Assembly: GCA_013239625.1 (NCBI GenBank)
Contig: MU054400.1
Span: forward strand, 1,533,146 to 1,597,145
Reading direction: 5' to 3'
Length of the DNA: 64,000 nucleotides
DNA from: Lama guanicoe
Lineage: Eukaryota
The translations under genes were made by a program, and so were the position numbers. Of the stretch, positions 39,801 through 51,800 are shown in pieces (the first letter of the stretch is position 1; each line of letters opens with the position of its first letter). The notes under the pieces were generated by a model. It was not told where the DNA came from and did no database searches. It saw only the letters and a program-made list of their open reading frames with translations.

Positions 39801-42800
39801 ACAGTGTTTTCCAATGGAGATTTGTGTTATGGTCAAGAAATCTGACACAGGCAATAGCTAAGAGAAAATTCAATTCTACATCCAGTTTTCCAAATATAAG
39901 CAAATGTTACCGAGCAAGATGGAGAACAGCTTCCACTATATTCGAACCATCTTTGGCGCTTGTTTCACAAAATAATGCTCCGTAGGTCTGTGAAAAAAAA
40001 ACAACCCAAACCATTAAATGAAGGCTTTAATTGGTTTCCTGAAATGTTAGCTTTTAAAACCAATAAAATAAAATAAAAATATTCCCCTGTTGAGTAAGCC
40101 AAAACTAACAGTTAAGAAATTGGATTCAAATTCTTTCAAGTATTTGGTTTCAATACTTTAAAAAAAAAAAAACAGGTTTGAGTCTAGTTATTCCAGGAAC
40201 AGTTCTTAGTCAGAGGATTTTTATTTCGTACCCCGCCGCCCTCAAAAGCCACAATGCAAAATTTTATGTTTAAAGGCTCTTATTTCTGAAGAGTCACACA
40301 TGCTACCAAATGTTCTCTATCAAATAATTTTAGAGAGAGAAAAAGGATACCTTAAGGTAACCACTCAGGCATTAAATGTCCATCAAAAGTCTGTCTCCTC
40401 TTGGCCAGCAGCTAACACACACCCCTTCCCCCCTATTATCTTTTCCTATCAAGACTCAGCAGCCTTTGTGTTGCTAAAACCTATGGACATTTTCTAGGCC
40501 TCTATTATTCAACCCCCCAGTGGTTACACATATGATCATCAATCATATCACTCTCCTGCTTCAACCCTTTCAGTGCTTCCCATCCCTCTCAAGTAATGTT
40601 GAAATGCATACCTGGTTGACAAGGCCTAGTTTGTGGCCCCAGCCAACCTCCCAGTTTGACCTGCTGCCGCTCTCCCTCCCTCACAATGCTCAAGTTACTC
40701 TGGTCGTCCCTCTATTTCTCCCATGCTCCAGATTCCCTCCTACCTCAGGACCTTTGCACTTGCTGTTCCCACTACCTAGGCTATCCCCTGCTCCTGTTAA
40801 CCCCTTCACTAGGCTGACTTCTGCATACCTTCTAGATTTTTAGGTAATCCTTTCCCAAAGTTAAGATTAAGTGTTTTCTAACTCTGAAAACTCGATACTA
40901 GGTTTTCCTATTACAAAATCTGGTGTATGTTATTTTTCCAGCATAGCATTTTCCATGACTGTTTAACTGATAAAGTTATTTTTGTGTGTCTTGGTCTAAC
41001 AAGCTGGAGACAACTCCCCTTAGGAAAGGAGAATTGTGTGTGCTGTGGGGCTGGGTGTGGGTTACACAGTCCTGTGTGGGATAAGGTGGGTGGTGTGGTG
41101 AGTGCTCTGGAGCAGGGAGGGAGGCAAGAACCAAACAATGGGGAAAGACGACTGTGAAACCTTTACCCATGAGCCCCCAAATCCATAGAAAAGCCAAAGA
41201 AATACCCCCAAATGTCTGTGTTTCTAGTAGAAGTGGGCAGTGCTGCTGCTGAGTTTCACAGCCAGGATGTTATGGGGTTAAATGGAGACTGCCTTTGAGG
41301 ATGCAGGAGGATGGAGGTCATGAGATGCATATTAAGTCAGCAAACCTTGGGAAATCTGAGACATCATGGGGAGGGAATGAAACTGGCATGTGTCCAGGAA
41401 CTACAAGATCTCCTGGGGGATGTGTGGGTTACATGGGCTTAATGTCTGTCTCCTCCCCCCCCCCCCGCCCGGTGGCACCCCGATGGTAAACTATGTGAGG
41501 GCAAGGACAGTTTGCTTTGTTCTCTACCCTTTGCTCAGCTCACAGGGAAGTGCTTTTCATATGCTGGACACCATTAAATGTGTGTTGAATGAATCTCTTC
41601 TGTATTTCACTGCCTAGTTTTGATGTTTATCATATTTTGTTCACAGTTCTAAAATTTAAAACATGAAACAATTCCAACTTCAAATAATGAAATTGAAACT
41701 TCTCTTTAAAGTTCACACATATATGCTACAGAGCAGTCTGTTCATGGTTGCTGTCTGTTCTGACGACAGACAGCAACGTCAAACCAGACGGTTACAGTAA
41801 GAACTTATTTGACCCAAGGAGCATCTGATTCCTTGTTCTGGTAAGACAAGTCACAGGAGGGCCATGCAGCATTCTGACACAAGGGTAATAATGAGACAAT
41901 AAACACTGCCCACAGTAATAATCTGGACAGAACGGGGTCTATCCTTTATGCAAATGCATATCCAAAAATTAGCGTATGCTATTGCAGCTGAGTACAAATC
42001 CTAGAGAAAAGAACGAGTCTTTCAATTCTCTTCACCCCTTCACCCAGGAGACACACTGCAACATCCGCTGCCCCTTGGCACAGGGACCTTCTGGAACCAA
42101 ACCCATCTTTTCGAAATAGGACACCCATTCTTCTTCCTTTGCCTGGATTCCAGGACGAGAGAAGGATTCCAGGAACCGGGGAAGAGTGAGGAGGAAGACG
42201 GAATAACTTTGCCTCCTCTTTGTCATTGATACTCCGTGGGGAAAATGATCAGGTGACTGTTTTACCTCTACAAGTGATTTAATTCTTGGTGCAATTACTT
42301 ACATTCATGGGGCAGAGAGGGGCCACTGGGAGTTCTGTCTATAGAAGGACAGAAGACCCATCAAACAGAGTGGAGGTTTGTCAAAAAAAAAACAAAACAA
42401 AACAAACAAAAAACACCTCTTCAGCAAAGGCAGACAAAAGCTGAAGACCCCTCCAGTTTGGACCCGCTCTCACTCTTACCATGGCCAGTTTTTCTCCAAA
42501 GAACCCTGCGACACATTTTTGTCCCTCTGCTTCAGCAGCGTCACGAAGATCAGCCTTGTTTCCTACCAACATGATAGGAATGCTCTCATGGGCTGCATCC
42601 TACCACGAAGAAAAGAACAAAGTTGTGCAGATGTCAAACACTGGACAAGTTATGAGGAAGATGACTATAACGGCCACTACTTCCAAATGCCCCTGATGTG
42701 CCACGTGATGTACAATGTCTTTAAACCTCAAACTGGCTCTAAAAAGAGCCAAACTTTTCCCCACTGCCAGGTGAGAACACTGAAGTTCAGAGCGGTTCAA

Positions 42801-45800
42801 GAAGACCCTACAAAACACACGAGCATTCCCTCAGCTGTAATGGGGCAAAAGTGAAGTTTGGCAGTTCCACACCCGCTGCTGTCTGGTTTATAACAGAAGC
42901 ACAATATGAAGGCCTCAAGGTCAACGTTCTTCTTGTGAGGAGTCAAGAAGCGATCATTCAGAGCACCGGATCCTCGGAATGAGGCCCCCGAGGCAGCACA
43001 GCGCTCCGCCGCACCGTCCGGGCACTCAGAGGAGCTGGCTGGCAGGATGGAAGAGGGGGGAGGCAGCCAAGCTTGAGACCCCGCCCTGGCCGCTGTCTCC
43101 GCCTGTTTCTGCCTCCGTTTCCCTAACTGGAAAATGAAGGGGTCAGTGAGGGCACATCCCACCTCAGCAAGCTATGATGAGAACAGAAGACCACCTGACT
43201 AGAAAAACAGGTTTCTGGTTCCTGGACAAGAGAAGCAGCAGCCCTACTGAGGTGTGGGGAAATGACTCTGCAGCGCCTAAAGACATCCAGGTGCTCATCC
43301 AGTGTGGTGCTGCACCTGGCACGGAATCAGGACATGAGCCTTAAAGACAGTGAAATTACATCTGACTTCCTTTCTCTTCGGACCATTTTCCTCCAACCGA
43401 ACTCATCAGAGTGAAATAAAAGCGCAGGGGAGCAGGAAATGAAAGGCCCACCCAAACCAGACAGACCGCCAACTAACATGTTAAGTACCTGTGTTCAGTG
43501 GGCAACTGCTCGGGATCCAGAGGGGCCTCAGAGGGAAGCCGTTAATCAAATATTCGACGAAGTAAGCCAAGAATCCGAGCGTCTAAATGACTTCTCCAAG
43601 TCATACAGGTAAATACCAGCACCTCCTTCAGGTCTTGACTCAAATATCACCTCCTGGCGAGTCTACTCTGACCCACTGCCTCGCCATAAGCCCCCTTTCC
43701 CCTGCCCTCTTTTTGTTTCTACAACATTTATCACTTTCTATCATTCTATTTATTTTATGTTTGTTGAGTGTTATGTCTCCCCTACTCGAGTACAAGCTCC
43801 ATTTTATTAATGGATATACAGCAAGCACTAGCATAGCACACGCACAAAACAGGTATGTCTCCCTCCAAATGTATATACTTATATTTAGATTTACTTTATT
43901 TTATTTTTATTTTTCACCTGGGGAGGTAATTAGGTTTATTTATTTAATTTATTTAATTTATTTATTTATTTTTTTTTTAATTTTTTTAAATTTTTTTTTA
44001 CATTTTTATTGATTCATAATCATTTTACAGTGTTGTGTCAAATTCCAGTGTTCAGTACAATTTTTCAGTCATACATGGACATATACACACTCATTGTCAC
44101 ATTTTTTCTCTGTGATTTATCATAACATTTTGTGTATATTTCCCTGTGCTATACAGTGTAATCTTGTTTATCTGTTCTACAATTTTGAAATCCCAGTCTA
44201 TCCCTTCCCACCCTCTACCCCGCCCCCCCCCCACGACTTTAATAATGGAGGTCCTGGGGACTAAAGCCAGGACCTCATGCATGCTAAGCATGTGCTCTAC
44301 CACTGAGCTATACAATTTAATTTATTTTAATGGAGGTCCTGGGGACTAAAGCCAGAACCTCATGCATGCTAAGCATGTGCTCTACCACTGAGCTATACCG
44401 TCCCTACCATGCCTAAAATACTTTTGAATGTGTAGAAGTTGGGAAGAGATCTCATGTCTCAAGTGTCTCCATCCAATTTTTACCCAAGTATTCAATCAAT
44501 AAGTAACTCGTGACACACGTAAATGGCCATAATTTTATCACAAGATTTTGTAACCCAGTGGTTTTCAGTCTAAGTGCATTAATGATTAATTCACAGACAT
44601 TCTACTGCTTCTCAGGCCTCTGGCCTATCCCAACAATCTCACCATTGGTTTCTACCCACTCTTATCGTGCCCACTGAGATAGCATCCACAGAATTTCCTC
44701 AAATTAGAAAAGGTGAGCCATGGCGAAGGTTCACTGTGATAAGTGAAAGTCAGAGTCTGATGGCATCTAATTTTCTCTCCATAACAAATTCAAGAATTCT
44801 TCTTGAATACAGTTTTCTTCCTTTTTAGACCACATGAAAAGTAACAGGGATAGCTACACTTACCACATGTAGGTGCTAATTTATTTATCAAATTACGGTA
44901 ATGGGGCCCCTGGCAGAGGCCACAGCTGGTCACTAAGGGCTATTTCATTACTATATGGCCGAGCCTGCCTTTATGCCTCCTTTTCTTGAGTATAATCCAA
45001 AGTCTTAAAATGAAGACCAAGTCCAACAGTTTCAACAATAAAAAGTTTTGCTATAGATCTTAAATATCACATAGGTATGAGTTAGCTGGGATTCCCCGTT
45101 ATTCTCCGAACTCACTGGTCTATCCCAGGGAGGTCCACCTGTTCCCTTGAGGCGATGCCCCTCCTCTACCTACTAACTACCTTGGAGAGCCTTTCTTGAC
45201 AGCAAAAGATTTTTCCTTAATCTGCTGCTCACTCTGGTGCTTAATCAAAGGAGCAACCAGTGTTGAATCAGGATGTCCAACTCCCCCTGCTACCCCTAAC
45301 CTCTAAATAACTAAAAGCAAGTGTCATACACCTTCTATGCCTCAGGTTTCTCATGAAAAGTGAGGATAACATTACATTTCCTACTTCTTTTCTCTGATAT
45401 GTTACAGAGATGAATATAGCGTGTGGAAAATTTTGTGAAATAAAAATATTACATAAATGTCAACACCCTTTTGTTGTATTTATAATTTTAAGTCATGATA
45501 TTTCAGTTGAACAAAAGATGCGTTCATTTATCATTGCCTGGGTCTTACTGCAACTTCAATCAGTCATTTCTTACATTACTTCTTTAGTTAGAAAGAGAAC
45601 ATTCATTTTGGTGTTTTACAGGTATGAAAGAGGCCCAACTGAAGAATCTGGGGCTAATTTGAGATCAGATAGCAATCAGTTCTCTGTTCAGCCCCCACTG
45701 CACTTAATGCCTGTTAAAAATTACAGATAAAAGACCTGCTTGAAAACCTGTGTTAGCTACTGGTTTTGTTTTGTTTCTTCCAAAAGAGTATGCTGAACCA

Positions 45801-48800
45801 GGAGACTGATGCCGAACCATGGTGATTAATAACTTCTGGTAGCATATTAACTGTGGTTGAAATTACTTCCTACTTAAAAAAATTATTTACCATAAAACAA
45901 AGAATGTGAAAGCTCCTCAGATGAATGACACCATCTTATTTGACCAAGGGGAAACACAGATAGCTCCCACCCAGGTTTAAAATACCAACTGCTGGTTTCA
46001 GTGGTGCCTTGGAATGTGCAAAGACCCAAATCACAACCAGAAAAAATAAGGTTGAGAATGCAGTTCCTATAGAATTTGGACCCGGCTCAAGCTCACAGCC
46101 AGGTCGTGTTTCACTTCTGCTTCTAGCACACATGGGTCTCCCATTACACATCCTGTCACGTTACACCCCAGCCCCATCACCCCCTTGTTTCTGAGCTGCT
46201 GCTCCTTCTTGGGTTGCCTGAAGTTTTACTTGCTGCCAAGGGGGTTCTGATTTCCTCTTTCAGAACCCAAGATTTTTTTTTCTCCCCAGAAGCTCACTTT
46301 AGTGGCGTCCTTGGCTCTGTGGGAACTTGGCCCAGCTGCTGAGGAAGAGACCGATACTGGGAACCTGCTTCTCAATCCAGTCCTTCCTGACAGCCTGGAT
46401 CAGGGCTTTCTACTCAAGTTCACTTGGACAGAGAAGAGAAACAGCATTTTCCGAGACAGCCTCTAACTCTCCCATGTAAGTTTTCTGTCTCTCTGTTTTG
46501 ATTTCTTACCTCAATCATATCTACCCATTCCCGTACATTAAGAAAGCTTTTCTCACACGTGACATCGTACAGCAGCAAAACACCATCTGCTCTTCTGAAG
46601 TAAGACTTGGCGATACTTCTGAATCTGGAAAAGAGAAAAGCACGTGAGTAACAGTTCTGATCAGTCGGTCGGTTTGGTGCCGCCTCATTCTCTCATGCTC
46701 ACTTTTTTCTCATCTTCTAAAACAAGCCCCAGCTGAGAAGAATCCAGTGGTAACCAATTACTGTGAAATTGCCCTCCCCGAGGCCTAGAATGACCTGGTG
46801 ACAGGTAACAGGGTAAGAATCTCGGCTAGTGATTTAGAAAAGCTAATCATTTTTTCCCACCAATCCCAAGAATGTCTACAAACTCCAAAGCATAACCAGG
46901 ACAAGGTTGAGACCATAATGTCTAAAAATTTCAGCTCAGCAACAAGCTACCAGAACCCATGTGTGGGACATAGAGAAGGATGGAAGGAGACACACATCAG
47001 AGACATACGATTTTTCGGGGTGGTTGGTAGGGAGTATTGTTGGTGGGCAGGTGGAGGAACTAACCATGTGGAACACATAACACACATACACGGGGCGTTG
47101 GGGGTCCAGCAGGAAGAGCACACCTCCACCTGTGTGTCCTAACTCTAAACCAAGTGCAGTATTTCACAGGATCTCAAATACTATGCCAACCACACAGATT
47201 TTTTAAATGCTGATACTCCCAAGCTGCTAGAGAAAATGAGCTCCATGTGGGCAGGTACCTGTGTCCATTTGCTCACTGCTGAATCTGAACACCCTGAATG
47301 GTGCCTGGTTATAGAGGTCAGCAGGTACCCCCACACTTGAACAACTGGGTGGAGTGTGTTTCCAAAGAGTTGGGTAAGATTAAAACCTAGGCTTGATGCT
47401 TTGGGCCACCAGCAAAGAATGCAGGATAAGGTCCTGTCTCACTGCAATTCTCCTGTTAGGAAAGGGCAGTCTCTTTTTCCCGGTGGGTCACCAGTTCAAA
47501 GGAAGCTTAAAGATCCTCTTCTCACACAACTGATGGATCAGTGAAGGAGGAAGTGGAAAAAAGCGAGCATTCTTGAAATTCTAACATACTACATCAGAAT
47601 TATATAATTATGAGTATAAAAACACCAGGCATCCTACAAAGGCATGTCTGTGCAAACCTCGGCAGAACCCAAAAGATCATGAAAAGCACTTGCCTCTCCT
47701 GACCAGCCGTATCCCAGAGCTGCAGGACTGTTCGCTCTCCATCTACGATGAGGGTTTTCATTTGAAAATCAACTCCTGAAAAAGAATATAATAAGAGAAC
47801 ATGGAGAATATGATGTAAACAATTCCACTGGTTTTTACTTTCAAGCCCTCTTTAGATGAGACGAGTGCCAATAAGCTAATGTTCAGTGAGGTAGAGAGAG
47901 ATGAACCTGGCCTTCAAGGAGAGGGACCTTCACATACTAATTATAAGTCAGACCACATGTCTGTGCAGACGCATGTCTGCAGGTTGGCTGACTTGGGGAA
48001 GGAGTTAATCTATGGACAAAAGAAAAATCTATATTCTGTTTGTCCATGTAATTAGATGGACTCAGTTACATCTGTGTGTGTGCATGCACATAAATATGCC
48101 TATGTATATATGCAGGTGTATACATGTGTGCACGTATATGTATACATGTATGTCTATATGATATATAGATATGCCATGCATCCTAGCAACTGAACCAAAT
48201 GTTGTAGTCTTTTTATGACAAGTTGAAGTGAACTTTCAGCTTTGTTATCTTGAAGGGTATAACAGAGAACCATAAATTTACAAAGACACTCATTGTGAAG
48301 AGGGTAATCAATCTGTTGTAACATTTCTGGTTATCAAAATAAGAACTCTTTAGATGAAAAAAAAAGATAATTTGCATATCTTCAACTCCTTTTCCTGATT
48401 ATTATGCAAATTTGGGCAATCAGAACACGACTTTTTCCTTGTTCTGAGACGTATTGCTCACGTATTCCACTGTGCAGGAAGGGAGGGAACATACACCCGG
48501 CTACGATTTTGACCATAATAACAAACTGGCCAACACAAATGTCACTATATCAACATCAAGTGACACCTGATCAGAAGGGCGTTCCCTGGGCACTGTATGT
48601 GAAAGTGCACCTCTCTCAAACCTCATTTTTTAATTTGTTTTCCATCTATTTCTCTCCTTTGGGATGAAAGTTCCTTGGGGGCTGGGATTTGGTCAGCTTT
48701 GTCTGTTGTGTATCCATAGTGCCTACAGTATGTGGCTCACAGTAGGACCCAGGAAATGCTTGCTGAAAAAATGAATCTTATCATCTCTGGCTCTAAACTT

Positions 48801-51800
48801 GGTTTGGTTGATCTCACTGGGTCAGTAGATACCTTAGTCCTTTGTTAGTCTTCCTTTCCCAAATTTATGCCTTAGCCAAAACATAGGAGGACTATTCTAT
48901 AGACAAGGACACATACACACAAGCACATGCACACACGCACCCCATTACACGTGCATTATACAGAGAGAGAGAGAAAGAGAGAGAGGTCTGTGTGTCTGTG
49001 TATATAATCCCTAAAGGAAATAGAATAAAGCTAAAGAAGGTCATTTCCCCATTATCCACTGAAAAAGGAACCATACCCAGAGTGGCACTTGTATTTCCTC
49101 GAAATTCATTCTTGCAAAGTCTCGTGAGGAAACTGGACTTCCCCACTGCAGCGTCGCCAGCGAGCACAATCTTGTAAGCCTTCTGGGAGCCGGTAGATTT
49201 ATGGTTATCGTCCACCATGTCTGTCTAGGGGAAGAAAGCCACAGTGGGTGACAAAGGAGTGCCAGCTTTCTTCCTCGTCAGTTATACGGCATGAAAATGA
49301 ACAGTGTTCATGAATAAAAGTGCCTCCGAGACCACCTACCTGTGGCGAAAGTGCTGAGATGGGCTTTCTCGAGGAGTTAAGGACGCTGCCTTCACTAGCA
49401 GACCCCTGGGGCTTCCAGTCCAGGATGGAAGCCACGCCTTCCGAGCTGTATGTCTCTTCATCCCTTATATCAGGAACCTGTTTTTTTTTTTTTGAAAAGT
49501 CAGCCATTAAAAAACAAAGTATCTCATTACACATAAATATCGAGAATTAAAAGAAGAAAAATATGCAGCTGAATCTACAGTCAATGCTGTTAATGGAACA
49601 GAGTGGCCGCAAGAGGAAACCTGTGAGAGTTTTCCCTACTTTGTAGAGAAAACCATTCTCCTGACTCTATTTCACATGTATGATCTTTAAAACCTTGCCC
49701 ACAACAGATTAAAGTCAAACAGGGCGGTATACATATTTCTATCGAAGATCAGGCCTAGGAGAGCAGTGACTTTGGGGCTTACGTCTGTGTCTGAAGCGTC
49801 CCCCCCAAAGCTCTCCTGTGTGCCGTGTGACCTCTGGAACCCCTTCTGGTGCTTGTACTCCACCTCCGAGTCATACTCGTTGGAGTCTCTCAGGGTAGAC
49901 AAGCCGCTGTCGAAGCAGCTCTCGGGGAGGCTGTCAACGTCACAGTTCATCCTCTGCATGGCGTCACAGTTCATCCTCTGCATGGGATCGCAGAGGGCCA
50001 GCGAGTCACAGTCCTCATCCATGTAGGAAGAGCGGCATGACCTGGTGACAAAGGAAAGGACCACAGTACCTAAGGGCGATGCTCGAGACACCGCGGCAAT
50101 GGAATCAGACAGCAACAGAATCAAAAGACTGATATTCTCATTCCTGCCCAGAGCCACAATGTATTATTCCATGATTAAGCAGCAGGAGAATTAAAATGCG
50201 CAGAGCAATTTTGGTTCATTCTATGCAACAGTCGATTAAGATAAAGACATTTAAATTGAACGTTTAATAAATGAAGCTACTTAAAAAAAGTCACCCCTTC
50301 TTTATTTCTTGATACAAAGAGAATTAGAATTCCCAGGATGTAAATGCAGTCTCAAGTCTCAAAATGTATACAGAACATGTGGACCTTTTTACTCTAATGT
50401 GACCAGACCATATTATGAACAGTGTGTCCATTTCTGGATAACATCTCGACTGCAAAGGGATGCCAAGAACCAGGATGAGAAAGGCAACTGAGGATGTGAG
50501 ACTTCAGATCCTCAGGTCTGAGAAACAGTTCAGTGCACTTGGCTTAAATCGTAATGTTTACTCTCTTCAAATACTTGAGGAGCTGACACAGAAAGCATAC
50601 ATTCTCTCAGGCTGCACGAGGCCAGATAAGGTATAGAACTGATACACTTTTCTGGGAGTCACATCTCTAATCAATGTGATGAGAACTGGCAGACAATTAG
50701 AAATGTGTGCCCCTGGAAGTGGCATGAGTTTTCTGCCACTAAGTGTTGACATGTCTGGAAAGACTCCTATGGGAGAGGTTTCGTGGGGAGGTGCTTTGTA
50801 CAAAGGCTAGAATTCCTGATTTCTAAGATCATTCCACTTGGGGAACTCTAACATTTTTCAAGTAAAACCTACTTACTTTTGCTTTTCCATTTGATTCCCA
50901 TAAGTATCTAAGTTTATACTGAGATAAGAACAAGGGCTACAACTTACTTAGTCCCCACCGCACACTGGGCATCAACATGGACACTTGGCACACATGATGT
51001 CACCAGAAAGAGGAAATGGGCAGGGTACATAGGTCTCCAGATAAGAGAAATAATAAGAGATGGATGTTCTTAGAAAAGAGAGGGTAACCTTAGTATAAAC
51101 ACAAGTATAACAGGACAGAAATAGACTCATGGACAGAGAATACAGACTTGTGGTTACCAGGGGGGTAGAGGGTGGGAAGGGATAGACTGGGATTTCAAAA
51201 TTGTAGTATAGATAAACAAGATTACACTGTATAGCACAGGGAAATAAAAAAAAACACAAGTATAAGCCATATAAATCTGAGAAGTCAAAAATATTTTTGT
51301 GCAATTAGAAAATGTTTAAAACTAACTAAAAAGGTAATTTAATCACCAAACTCTCTCTAAATATGTTGCTCATTTATAAAGTCTTTATCCTGGGACAGGA
51401 ATTTCATACCATATCTCAGTCTACCTAGCTACCTGCATATGTGTATTTTTGTGTACCTTTTCTTTTTGTTTGTCTCATCATTTATGAAACTCTTTTTCTG
51501 AAACTGATTTTAGGTCAATCTGTAAGGAACCTAAGGAAATCATTCTCATTACAATATAGTAAAACTTCAGCTCCATGTCATTATGAATCAGAACTTCATT
51601 TTTTTTAACCTGTTCATATTGTTGATAAGGAACAAAGGAGAAAAAATCCTGAATTGAAAAATCACCTCCACGAATATATAGAATCTAAGTTGAAAATATA
51701 GGCATAAATCAGACTTCCTCAAACTCAACTTATATACATACCGTTTTAAAAGTAAACTATTCTTATCTGTCTTAAGAATATTTTCATTACAATTAAATAT

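Noticed and set aside
47949..47979. Two adjacent quasi-palindromes cagac..catgtctg (SMAD/p53-like half-sites)
   Set aside because: The matches are imperfect and short, with no independent support.
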